Assembly (NCBI GenBank): GCA_043812915.1
Contig: JBDRLQ010000023.1
Location: 1,582 to 65,581 of the forward strand
Direction of reading: 5' to 3'
DNA: 64,000 bases
Source: Candidatus Micrarchaeota archaeon
GTDB taxonomy: Archaea > Micrarchaeota > Micrarchaeia > Anstonellales > Bilamarchaeaceae
Of this stretch, positions 19,292-27,771 are shown piece by piece. Both the position numbers and the translations under genes were made by a program. Numbering within the stretch: position 1 is the stretch's first letter; every line of letters starts with the position of its first letter. A model generated the notes under the pieces. That model was not told the origin of the DNA. It saw only the letters and a list, made by a program, of their open reading frames with translations, and made no database searches.

Positions 19292-19404
19292 TAAGAAAAA
19301 AATGTCGCAAAGAGTTTTTATTTATTCCCTTCTTCTGACACATGAAGAGGGAGCCCAGGCATCTCACCCGGGCGTCCCTCCCCTGACAGGTTTGTTATGC
19401 CGCA

Positions 19405-19962
19405 TTACTTTATGAAGAGCGCACCGGCGTATTTGTACAGGTAGTTCTCGTCCGTCCAGCCCTCCTCGGTAGTCCCGAAGATGGATTTTGTCTCCAATGT
19501 CCCGTTCATGTTGCTCAGCTGGTGCGACACACCGAACTTGCCGTTCGAGAACGCCGTGATGTCATTGAGCTCCGGCTCATCATAGTTCACTATGTACATG
19601 TATCCTGGCGCCATGGACCACCCCATGCTCCTTGACTGCCAGTGAAGGCTCCCCGAGGGCATAATTACATCGTAATTGCCCTCGAGGATTATGGTCACTT
19701 TACCATCGCCCCTTATCACCTTCACGTCACCGGCGTCCACCGTGCGGGGATGCTCGATTCCATCGCAGAGGTAAGATGCCATTCCGACATTGAACAGGCC
19801 CGCGAGCATAAGGAGCACCAGCCCCTTTTTCGCGAGCGCCCTTCCCACATAATCTTCCCGTTTTCTTGCATTCGCCACTTTCCATCTATTTTTGTGATTT
19901 TCTCTCATCTTCCCCACCTCTCGAATTCTTATCGAAGTGGGACTATATATATTTTTTCTCAA
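19405..19962 (-). CDS. hypothetical membrane-anchored protein
   Basis: 185-aa ORF with a basic N-terminus followed by one TM segment (GLVLLMLAGLFNVGMASYL). Lies upstream of and co-directional with the 449-aa ORF. Confidence 0.45.
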   Translation of the reverse strand: MRKNIYSPTSIRIREVGKMRENHKNRWKVANARKREDYVGRALAKKGLVLLMLAGLFNVGMASYLCDGIEHPRTVDAGDVKVIRGDGKVTIILEGNYDVIMPSGSLHWQSRSMGWSMAPGYMYIVNYDEPELNDITAFSNGKFGVSHQLSNMNGTLETKSIFGTTEEGWTDENYLYKYAGALFIK

Positions 19963-20324
19963 AAAAAATGTTTACAGCTCTAAGTTATTTATAAATGATA
20001 TGTTGCTGACAACAAAAATTCCCTAAAATCACGTTTTCAACGTAGAATGTTCTTGACAACACTTAAATAGTATTATAAGTGTATTCAAACACTCTTTTTT
20101 AATAAAATTCAGAAAAATGTATATGGGAATATAAATGTTACTAATAACAAAACAAACCCGCTTTTTATGCTATCAGGTCAGAATTACGCCGATAAATGCC
20201 GAAAATACCTCTTTACCATCTGCCCGCGCAATGCCAGTACAAAATATCAAATCACGGCTATTCCCGGCAACAGTATTTTAAATGAATTTTGTTCATAGGT
20301 ACACTATTGGAAGGCGGTGTGCAT

Positions 20325-20783
20325 ATGGAACTAGACGTTGTTGACAGGACTATTCTCTCTCATCTGAGGGCGGATTCTAAGACGCAGATTAAGGATATCG
20401 CAAAAGAGCTCAAGATGCATCCCAATACCCTTCTCCAGAGGGTGAGGAAACTGGAGAAGAACGGGATAATCAGGGGCTATATCACGGATATAAATTTCGG
20501 GGAGGCCGGCTACGACCTGCACCTGATAATCAGCATGAAAATCCGGAGCGGGAAGGCGGGTGACATGGAGCAGCTAAAAGACCTGCTGGCGATAAAGGAG
20601 TTCGAGGCAATCTACGCCGCCAGCGGGAACTGGGATGTAATTGCTCTGACCCGGGTGAAAAACCGCGCACACATGCTTGATGTCGTGCACAGGCTAGGGG
20701 AGCATGAAATAGTTGTGCAGACGAACACATCCATCATCCTGCACGAGTACAAGAGGCCGGCGCAGTACAATCCGTTCCTCTAA
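20325..20783 (+). CDS. Lrp/AsnC family transcriptional regulator
   Basis: MELDVVDRTILSHLRADSKTQIKDIAKELKMHPNTLLQRVRKLEKNGIIRGY (HTH) followed by a RAM-like C-domain. An SD-like GGCGGTG precedes the ATG at 20325. Confidence 0.85.
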   Translation: MELDVVDRTILSHLRADSKTQIKDIAKELKMHPNTLLQRVRKLEKNGIIRGYITDINFGEAGYDLHLIISMKIRSGKAGDMEQLKDLLAIKEFEAIYAASGNWDVIALTRVKNRAHMLDVVHRLGEHEIVVQTNTSIILHEYKRPAQYNPFL

Positions 20784-22264
20784 TCCTTTCTTCTTTTCCT
20801 GTATGCCTGCCCGCCCACCGAATGGAAGTCAGGATTCAGGATGATGTTTCCATTGCCATTCCTTGTGAACTTGTCTATAGGGTTCAGTACCACTTCCCCC
20901 TCTGGGACAAGGCCGTGGTCAGCGCACATCTCGTCACGCACCTTCCAGTCGAGGGGTCTTAGCGCCCTCTTTACTTCCTGCGCCACTTCCGCGGTCATGA
21001 ACGGGCTGTGGCTCACCTTCATGGGGGTCTCATCAAGCACAATCAGCACCCCTCCATGGTTGCCTTTGGGGTCCGGCCCCTTAAGGGCGCTGGCAACCTT
21101 CCTTATCGCAGCCTCAGGATCCGCCACCCAGTTGAGGAAATAGATCATCGTCGCCATATCAAGCTGTCCGTCCCTCCCGTTTCCTGTAGGGTCTCCCAAG
21201 GCATCGCCCATCTCAAGGGCCAGAAAGTCCGCCTGGAACAATGTATGCAGCATTACTTCTTCAGGGCTGATTGTGCGGCCTGCGAATTCCGCTCCCATAT
21301 CAGCGAGCTTTCTGGACATCTCATCCTTGTATGTGCCAAGCCTTTTCCTCCCCCGGACAAGCAGGAACGGCGTCATGTCAACCCCGAAAAGCTCATTGGG
21401 CTCGCACTTCCCATTCTTCTTCATGTCTGCCAGGAATGACGGGAATCCGACATCCTCCATGAATAGCTTGAGTACGGGGCAGCTTCCGCAGCCGACATCC
21501 ATTATCCTTCGCACCGAGCCTGGATACCTGAGCATCAGCTCCAGCGCCACATTGAATATCGATTTGTAATGCCCTGTTATGCGCTGGTGCTCGTCGAACC
21601 TGTATGCGAACAGCGCCATCGCGTTGGCAATCTGGTTGAGCTGCTCTTCCGAGACTACCTTCAGCTTGCCATCCACGAAATTCACGATAAGCCCGTCCGG
21701 GTGCTCCTCCCGGCTCAGAAGCTCCCCTGATGGGGGATTCGGCAGCTTGCTCCGGCTTTCCATCCTGGCGCACAACTCATCCGGCTTCGCATCCATTATC
21801 TCACTGCGGAATACTCCTATGCCGCCAGCGGCATCAATGGTGTCAAAGGGGCCAAGATATCCCTCGGTGAGTGCCTCGTCTATACTGACCTCGCGCCCCG
21901 CAAGCTTCGAAGGCGCATCATCACCGATAACGACATGCACGGGGATGTCCTTTCCGCCCTTCACACGGCCAATCATCTCTCCCGGATTGAAGATGTCGTA
22001 GGCTTCGGGCCCCAGGATTACAACTGCCTCTTCGGCATTGGCTATCTGCGCCGCAGCGTTCTCTGCCCTGTCGTATGATGAGCAGACGTACCGCTCATCA
22101 TCAACGCCCCTGAGCTTCTTATCCAGCTCCCGATCGCAGCCAATCGCGAAAATCCTGACAACTCCTGACCTCGGTCCGGCGATGACGCTGGGCCTGTCCC
22201 TCCTCTTTATTGGCCCTTCAGGTTTTGCCGCCTGAGGACTAGAAATTATCTGTGTCCCTCCCAT
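20780..22264 (-). CDS. class I SAM-dependent methyltransferase with N-terminal receiver-like (pseudo-receiver) domain, paralog 1
   Basis: Motif I is IMDVGCGSCP. Also ..FQADFLALEM.., ..MIYFLNWVADPEAAIRKVASAL.., ..GGVLIVLDE... N-terminal alternating beta/alpha pattern (VRIFAIGCD...AVVILGPE...VHVVIGDD). TTTATATT box lies about 27 nt upstream of the ATG (leaderless). Confidence 0.65.
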   Translation of the reverse strand: MGGTQIISSPQAAKPEGPIKRRDRPSVIAGPRSGVVRIFAIGCDRELDKKLRGVDDERYVCSSYDRAENAAAQIANAEEAVVILGPEAYDIFNPGEMIGRVKGGKDIPVHVVIGDDAPSKLAGREVSIDEALTEGYLGPFDTIDAAGGIGVFRSEIMDAKPDELCARMESRSKLPNPPSGELLSREEHPDGLIVNFVDGKLKVVSEEQLNQIANAMALFAYRFDEHQRITGHYKSIFNVALELMLRYPGSVRRIMDVGCGSCPVLKLFMEDVGFPSFLADMKKNGKCEPNELFGVDMTPFLLVRGRKRLGTYKDEMSRKLADMGAEFAGRTISPEEVMLHTLFQADFLALEMGDALGDPTGNGRDGQLDMATMIYFLNWVADPEAAIRKVASALKGPDPKGNHGGVLIVLDETPMKVSHSPFMTAEVAQEVKRALRPLDWKVRDEMCADHGLVPEGEVVLNPIDKFTRNGNGNIILNPDFHSVGGQAYRKRRKD

Positions 22265-22339
22265 CAGAAATTGATGTGTGCCATAAGGAATATAAAGGCA
22301 CTATAAATGAAAAAAAGTGATTCTAAGAAAGCAATGCAA

Positions 22340-22759
22340 TCAGTTCTGCGCCGGAGGTTCGCTCTCTTTCTTCTTGGCATCCTTATCTGCGAACCATTCT
22401 GCAATCACGCGCGGCTGGCACTCCTTACACATCCCATGCGTGCGGATTTTCTTCTTGAGGCCCAACCCCTCGACTATTGCCTGCGGGACCTGCTTGCTGG
22501 TCTGCCGGTAGACGAACGTGTTCCCTCCCGGGTGATAGCAGCAGAGCAGGTAAACCTTCCCCAGTTCCTCATCTGTCTGCAGGGGCGCATGTTCCTTCTT
22601 TTTGGCAAACTCCTCCCTCCTGATTTCCGAGGCACTGCTCTTGGTTGTCAGCGGGAATCTGAGCTTTGTCCTGTCAGAGCCGAATCGGCTGGTCCAGACG
22701 CTTGGCTGAGCCCGGAGAACTCCTGCCCGTCTCTTCATCAGCCTTGTTCCGTTATCCAT
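22340..22759 (-). CDS. small Cys-knuckle zinc-ribbon-like protein P2 (CCYH...THGMCKEC)
   Basis: GAGGTGG SD lies 6 nt upstream of the ATG at 22759; the alternative ATG 22774 overlaps the upstream stop as ATGA. Motif is YLLCCYHPGGNTFVYRQTSKQVPQAIVEGLGLKKKIRTHGMCKECQ. Paralogous to P1 and P3. Confidence 0.5.
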   Translation of the reverse strand: MDNGTRLMKRRAGVLRAQPSVWTSRFGSDRTKLRFPLTTKSSASEIRREEFAKKKEHAPLQTDEELGKVYLLCCYHPGGNTFVYRQTSKQVPQAIVEGLGLKKKIRTHGMCKECQPRVIAEWFADKDAKKKESEPPAQN

Positions 22760-22770
22760 ATTCTTCCACC

Positions 22771-23049
22771 TCATTTTCTCGGCTTTTCCTCGAGCACTTC
22801 CTCGGATTTCCATCTTTTGCTCTCAACGCACGGCGACCATATGCCATCACTATTCACTCCTTTCAATCCCAGGGAATCAATCTCCTTTTCCGTGAGCTTC
22901 CGGCCGGTGTTCTTTTCCACCAGCGCCTTTCCGCCTGGATGCCATGCGCAGAGGGTGATATCTTTCCGAAGGTGGGCCGGCACTATGACAGTGTCATTCT
23001 TGGGCGCAATTGCCTCTGGCTGCCTGGAAATCTTCTTCTCCTGATTCAC
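22771..23049 (-). CDS. small protein P1, degenerate paralog of P2 (CAWH knuckle kept, second CxxC lost)
   Basis: ITLCAWHPGGKALVEKNTGRKLTEKEIDSLGLKGVNSDGIWSPC aligns residue-for-residue with P2. GTG start at 23049. Its stop codon lies inside the SD of P2. Confidence 0.45.
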   Translation of the reverse strand: MNQEKKISRQPEAIAPKNDTVIVPAHLRKDITLCAWHPGGKALVEKNTGRKLTEKEIDSLGLKGVNSDGIWSPCVESKRWKSEEVLEEKPRK

Positions 23050-23136
23050 TTTGGTCGCCTCTATATTCCAAAAATCTGTTGGAAATGTTTTATAAATTGT
23101 TTGATAGGCAATGTATCTTCGTGATAGAGGGATTTT

Positions 23137-23682
23137 TTGAGAAAACTTACTATTTCAGGAAGATTGCTGAAAGAGGCTATAGCGGAGCAGCAGCTGGAGA
23201 ATGGAAGGATAATCGTGCGGGCAAGGCGTCTTCCACTCCTAAAGGCTGGCTATGATGTGCTTTTCGAGGATGGGCCCCGGAGGGCGAGGGCCGAGGGCGA
23301 TTTCCTTTCAGTGATGCAGTGGGTTCGCAAGCACAGGCTAGATGATGTCGGGGACCTGGTATGGATGGCCGGCACCGCGCTCAAGGATGTCAGGCACCAT
23401 TCCGATTCATGGTTTAGCAAAAATGAGATGCTGGTGCTCTCAGCACTCGTACACAACGAACTGACCGTAAAGGGGCTGGCCATGGTTACTGGACTAAGTC
23501 CAAGGGCCGCGGAAAAAGCCCTGGGCTCATTAATAGAATGCGACACCGCTGAGGAAGGCAGAAAGACCAGCACAGGAAGGGGCGTCTTCAGGCTCACGGA
23601 GGATGGGAGGGAATTCACAGACCGCTTCCTGACAGATGCCGGATTCTTCAGCATGCAGGAGCGGATGAAGGACCGCTATTAG
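23137..23682 (+). CDS. winged-helix (MarR/TrmB-like) DNA-binding protein
   Basis: ..NEMLVLSALVHNELTVKGLAMVTGLSPRAAEKALGSLIECDTAEE..GVFRLTEDGREF.. has an HTH plus wing pattern. TTG start with GAGGGA upstream. Divergent from the P1-P2 genes. Confidence 0.5.
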   Translation: MRKLTISGRLLKEAIAEQQLENGRIIVRARRLPLLKAGYDVLFEDGPRRARAEGDFLSVMQWVRKHRLDDVGDLVWMAGTALKDVRHHSDSWFSKNEMLVLSALVHNELTVKGLAMVTGLSPRAAEKALGSLIECDTAEEGRKTSTGRGVFRLTEDGREFTDRFLTDAGFFSMQERMKDRY

Positions 23683-24362
23683 ACAAGGCCCTTCAAAAGG
23701 CCAATTAGGTCCTCGAATTTCTCAATCTCAAAATCAGCTTTTGTAATTCCCCTCTTGTTCCACAATCCGTATTTTGCAAGGCACGTGTGCATGCCAACTT
23801 CCTTGGCTCCCTTTATGTCCCGGTCCGGGTCATCGCCGACAAAAAGGCAGGCCGGGGCCAGCAGCCCAAGCCTCTGGAGCGCAATCTGGAAAGGCGTCGG
23901 GTTGGGCTTCCTCTCAAGGGTCTCATCAAGGGTGACAACCATGTCGAATTCATCCGCGAGGCCGGTCAGCACCAGGCGCTGCCATGCCTTGTTCCTGGGC
24001 GCGTCGGTGATTATCCCGAGCTTGTACCTTTCCCTGAGCTTCTCCAGAGTCGGCTTCACCATCGGGTAGGGCTTTATGACCTCGAACTTCTTCTGGAGGT
24101 AGGCAAGAATCGCGGCCTGCTGTATCCTTTCAGCCTTGTTGACTTCCAGGCCGAAAGGGGAAACCACATCGAAGAATGTCTTCTGGTATTCTATCCCCTT
24201 CTCATCATAGACAGAGAAAATCTTCCCGTATGCCTGCACCTCCGTTACCGGCAGGCCGTTCTTCACCATGGCAGAGGCCGCGGCCTTGGCGGTCTCCACC
24301 TTGAATCTCAGGAAGTTAATGAGCGTGTTGTCCAGGTCGAAGAGAATGGCTTTGATTGGCAT
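23679..24362 (-). CDS. HAD-superfamily hydrolase (subfamily IA)
   Basis: Motif I FDLDNTL, motif II GIITDA, motif IV FVGDDPDRDIKGA. ATG 24362 (MPIKAILFDLDN). Confidence 0.8.
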   Translation of the reverse strand: MPIKAILFDLDNTLINFLRFKVETAKAAASAMVKNGLPVTEVQAYGKIFSVYDEKGIEYQKTFFDVVSPFGLEVNKAERIQQAAILAYLQKKFEVIKPYPMVKPTLEKLRERYKLGIITDAPRNKAWQRLVLTGLADEFDMVVTLDETLERKPNPTPFQIALQRLGLLAPACLFVGDDPDRDIKGAKEVGMHTCLAKYGLWNKRGITKADFEIEKFEDLIGLLKGLV

Positions 24363-24412
24363 CGGGTATTCATCCCAGAGAATGTAATTAATCCTTCGCA
24401 ATCCAGAAAAAA

Positions 24413-24811
24413 TCAATAGAAGAAGCGAAGCAGGATTTTGTAGGATAGCAGCAGGACTATCAGCAGCGCGCATATCAGGTAGCTCAGGAACATGTAGTAT
24501 GGCATGGTTATCGGGCTGATCCCATCAACTATCATCAGGACGAATGAAATGAGGATGAGCGCAAGGAACGTTATCCTCATCGCCTTGGCGCTCACATATT
24601 CCATCCTCTCGTCAACGACCTTCTTCTTCGCAACAATCTTCCGAAGAAGGACTATTACCAGGGTCATGAATCCGATGTACATCAGCCAGTTCCCAACAGA
24701 GTCGAACAGGAAATCCGTGCGTCCGACTCCAAGAATGTTCAACGCCAGTCCCAGCACGATGGCTATCAGGCCAAATCCAAGCTTCAGCATATTTCTAGCA
24801 GGCTCATCCAT
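24413..24811 (-). CDS. small membrane protein partnered with XRE regulator
   Basis: 132 aa with 4 TM segments, 9 nt downstream of the XRE gene. This gene pairing is common in prokaryotes. Confidence 0.5.
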   Translation of the reverse strand: MDEPARNMLKLGFGLIAIVLGLALNILGVGRTDFLFDSVGNWLMYIGFMTLVIVLLRKIVAKKKVVDERMEYVSAKAMRITFLALILISFVLMIVDGISPITMPYYMFLSYLICALLIVLLLSYKILLRFFY

Positions 24812-24820
24812 TTCTCCACC

Positions 24821-25018
24821 TCATACTCCGAAAATGCCTTCTACACTGGTTCCGAATGCCTTGGCTATCAGAAGCGCGAGCTGCAGGGAGGGGACATACT
24901 TCCCGCTCTCTATGGAGATTATCGTCTGGCGCGTTACTCCCAGCTTCTGCGCAAGCGCCTCCTGGGTCATCCCCTCTTTCTCCCGGCATTCCCGCAGCCT
25001 GTTTTTCGAAAGTTTCAT
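24821..25018 (-). CDS. XRE-family helix-turn-helix transcriptional regulator
   Basis: [63 protein letters not shown] is a canonical Cro/C1 HTH. Confidence 0.8.
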   Translation of the reverse strand: MKLSKNRLRECREKEGMTQEALAQKLGVTRQTIISIESGKYVPSLQLALLIAKAFGTSVEGIFGV

Positions 25019-25114
25019 TCCGGACACCGATGTAAAGCATACTATACGTTAAGCATGCTTAACATTTAAAAAGCTGCCTTTTGTTAGGCATTGCCGCAGC
25101 AAGAAAAAAGAAAA

Positions 25115-25498
25115 TCACTTCGCGTCCTCATCGGTTTCCCAAAGCGCGAAGGGATTGCCCTCGGTGTCCTGGCAGCAGATGAAGTACCCGTGGCCAGGGA
25201 CCGCGGTCTTCCCGAAAATCCTCTTGCCGCCAAGCTCCTCCACCTTCTTCACTGCCTTATCTACGGAAGGAACGCTGATATAATTGGTCGGCCCGTGCCC
25301 TTCGCACTGCTTCTTCATTATCCCACCGCAGACACTCTCCTTTCCCTTGTCATCCTTGGTGGTGAAGTACCAGTAATCTCCGCACGCCCCTCCGGTGGGC
25401 TTCATCTTCTCCATCTTCCATCCAAACAGGGATTCATAGAACTTCCTTGCCCTGTCCGTGTCTTCTGCAGGTATCTCAAAATGCACAATTGTAGCCAT
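25115..25498 (-). CDS. VOC (glyoxalase/bleomycin-resistance/dioxygenase) family protein
   Basis: MATIVHFEIPAEDTDRARKFYESLFGWKM...GHGYFICCQDTEGNPFALWE is the typical single-domain VOC pattern. Confidence 0.8.
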   Translation of the reverse strand: MATIVHFEIPAEDTDRARKFYESLFGWKMEKMKPTGGACGDYWYFTTKDDKGKESVCGGIMKKQCEGHGPTNYISVPSVDKAVKKVEELGGKRIFGKTAVPGHGYFICCQDTEGNPFALWETDEDAK

Positions 25499-25571
25499 GC
25501 TTTTCACCAAGAAATAGACCAGCAAATCCATTTATCTGCTTTTTCTGGCAGCGCATTTCCGCGGAAAGCAA

Positions 25572-27218
25572 TCAGATGCCCTTGCCAAAGTCAACCAGCG
25601 TCCAGCCTCCTATGCTGCCTCTCCTCCTGAACACGCGCCCTTCCATCGTGTGCGGCTCCTTGAATTCCGACCTGTCCCTCTTCCTGCTGATTTTGTCGAT
25701 TTCAAGGACTTCCCGCACTTCTTTGCCCTTGGCGTCCAGTTCCGGCTTGAATCCGCTGGATAGAATCATCTCTACATACTGGCCGAACGGGATGTGATAT
25801 ACTGCGCTTGCGATTGATTGGGCGTCGTCCTTATCCAGCCCGCCAGGGCTCACCCGAAGGTGCGGCTCTTCAACAATTATCAGCCTGCCACCCGGCTTTA
25901 TCAGCTCCGCAGCTTTCCGGACTGCGGCTTCTTTGTCTGCCAGCCAGTAGATGACGTAGGACATCAGCATTGTGTCAATATCCTGAAAGTTGAATCCCCC
26001 CAGATATTCGGGACGCAGGGATGTACCGGAAAAATCAATTTCCTTTAGGGCCTCCATGGTAAGCTCCAGAAAATCAGCCTGCTTGAAACACATCCCGAGC
26101 CTTCCCCTTATCGAATCCTCGTTTTCCGCAAGAAGACCGTTAAACTCCGAATGGGCCTGGGAAAGCATCTCCTCAAGATAATCTATCGATAGTATGAGCA
26201 TCGGTTCCTCTCGCAGTCCCAGCCTGAATTTGGAGACAACCGCATGCTCAAGGAACTGCCTCATCGGGTAGCCCGTCCCGCATGCAACATCCGCGATTGT
26301 ATTGCCGAAGAAATCCCCCAGCCGGTAATACATCACAAGCATGGCTGCGAAGTGACCGGTCATCAGCATGTGCTGGTTGTATCTGTATGAGAACTCAATC
26401 ATTGTCCTCCTGGCCTCAGCCGCAGCATCGGCATCCATATTCCACGAATCCCTTGTCCTGGCCGCGCAGACCATCGGGTCGAAGAACGTCCTTGCCCTGG
26501 GCGTGCTGGGATGCTGCTTAAGGCTCCTCTGAATCCTTTGCAGAAGTATCTCCGCGCTGGCGCAATCATTTTCAAGCACTTCTTCCGCGGTCAGCCCGCT
26601 CTGGAAAAAAGTTCCTGGCCCGCGTTCCTTAGGATTATAAAGAACTATCGTCCTTGTCCTCTCGTCGAATCTCATTCCGGAGAGGAGCTTTAGGACCTTT
26701 GCCTGCTCCACGCCCCTCCCATCCATCTTCATATCCAGTCCGACAACGACAACTCTTGGTGGCTGGGGGTTCTTTGCGAAGCTGCCCATCAGGGACTCCA
26801 CGGTGTTGGCGGATTCCCTTCTCAGGCCAAGGAGGCCGAGCCCTCCTTTAATCTGCTCCCACTCGTTGCGGGAATGTGAAATGTTGCAGCCGACAAAGAG
26901 CACCCGCGCCCTGCCTTCAGCACCCTCGGGCTGAGCGCGTTCCTGTTCCTGGAACAAATGGTACCTGCCAGGCCCATTGCCCTCATCCTTTATTACCTGA
27001 TTCTTGTCGCTGCTTTCCGCAAGCTTCCTGAAAATATCCTGTATTGGAGGGGGTTTTCTAAAAGTCGCCGAGCTCCGGACCCTCACTTTTTCATGGTAAT
27101 GCCTAGGAAATCCACCATCGAGGCGGGGGCTGAGCTTTAGCCGTTCAGACTTCTGTGTCTCTCTTCCGGGCCTTTCAGAAAACTCTGCTTTTCCAGCCCT
27201 GCCTCTAAACGAAGACAT
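25572..27218 (-). CDS. class I SAM-dependent methyltransferase with N-terminal receiver-like domain, paralog 2
   Basis: Motif I is IADVACGTGYP. Also ..FKQADFLELTM.., ..MSYVIYWLADKEAAVRKAAELIKPGGRLIIVEE... Receiver-like VLFVGCN...VVVVGLDMKMDGRG...IVLYN. TTTTTAAA box lies about 25 nt upstream of the ATG (leaderless). Collinear similarity to 20780..22264. Confidence 0.65.
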   Translation of the reverse strand: MSSFRGRAGKAEFSERPGRETQKSERLKLSPRLDGGFPRHYHEKVRVRSSATFRKPPPIQDIFRKLAESSDKNQVIKDEGNGPGRYHLFQEQERAQPEGAEGRARVLFVGCNISHSRNEWEQIKGGLGLLGLRRESANTVESLMGSFAKNPQPPRVVVVGLDMKMDGRGVEQAKVLKLLSGMRFDERTRTIVLYNPKERGPGTFFQSGLTAEEVLENDCASAEILLQRIQRSLKQHPSTPRARTFFDPMVCAARTRDSWNMDADAAAEARRTMIEFSYRYNQHMLMTGHFAAMLVMYYRLGDFFGNTIADVACGTGYPMRQFLEHAVVSKFRLGLREEPMLILSIDYLEEMLSQAHSEFNGLLAENEDSIRGRLGMCFKQADFLELTMEALKEIDFSGTSLRPEYLGGFNFQDIDTMLMSYVIYWLADKEAAVRKAAELIKPGGRLIIVEEPHLRVSPGGLDKDDAQSIASAVYHIPFGQYVEMILSSGFKPELDAKGKEVREVLEIDKISRKRDRSEFKEPHTMEGRVFRRRGSIGGWTLVDFGKGI

Positions 27219-27411
27219 ACATCGAAATTAGCAAAGTTCAGGTTTAAAAAGACTTGCCGGACCCTGGAAATATTCTATTTTACCACGTATTCCAAAGGAG
27301 GCCTGAAAACGACTGTGATGGGACAGAACAAGAAAAAAACAATACGTTAGCTACTCACAAACCAAGGGTTTCAAAAAGGCGTAAATTATGAAAGCTGCTT
27401 GACCCGGGTAG

Positions 27412-27771
27412 CTATTTCCTGAGGGATTCTGCCATCGGCTTCCTGAGCCCGCCCTCAATCTCAGTTTTCCGCTTCAAGATCTCCGCCCTCATCTCTGCAG
27501 CGCACTTGTCGCACATGGAATTCGTCACTCCGTCCGGGTCGGTCGGGAGGCCCTCTTTCATTATGGTCTCGATTGGGACAAGGGCTCCAGTGTCTCTGAA
27601 CCTGATCCTAGGTGTTGGAGACACTAAGCGGTTTTGCGAGAATTTCCCCTCGTCCTTGAATTCTCTGGAATCGCACCAGTTGCAGACTACATATCTGCTG
27701 GGCAGCGATTTAGCTGGCGCCTCCATCCGCTCTCCCAAAGTCCTCATCTTCAAAGGTTTTGCTGCGTTCAT
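27412..27771 (-). CDS. small Cys-knuckle zinc-ribbon-like protein P3 (CNWC...CDKC)
   Basis: YVVCNWCDSREF...IETIMKEGLPTDPDGVTNSMCDKCAAEM has the same knuckle architecture as P1/P2. GTGAT SD lies 5 nt upstream of the ATG at 27771. Sits directly upstream of methyltransferase paralog 2. Confidence 0.5.
   Translation of the reverse strand: MNAAKPLKMRTLGERMEAPAKSLPSRYVVCNWCDSREFKDEGKFSQNRLVSPTPRIRFRDTGALVPIETIMKEGLPTDPDGVTNSMCDKCAAEMRAEILKRKTEIEGGLRKPMAESLRK

Noticed and set aside
22307-23044. 245-aa plus-strand ORF covering the P1/P2 locus.
   Set aside because: It has S/L/R/P/F-rich low-information composition and no homolog in the window. The minus-strand frames encode two mutually alignable Cys-knuckle proteins with an SD, plus a third paralog at 27412..27771.
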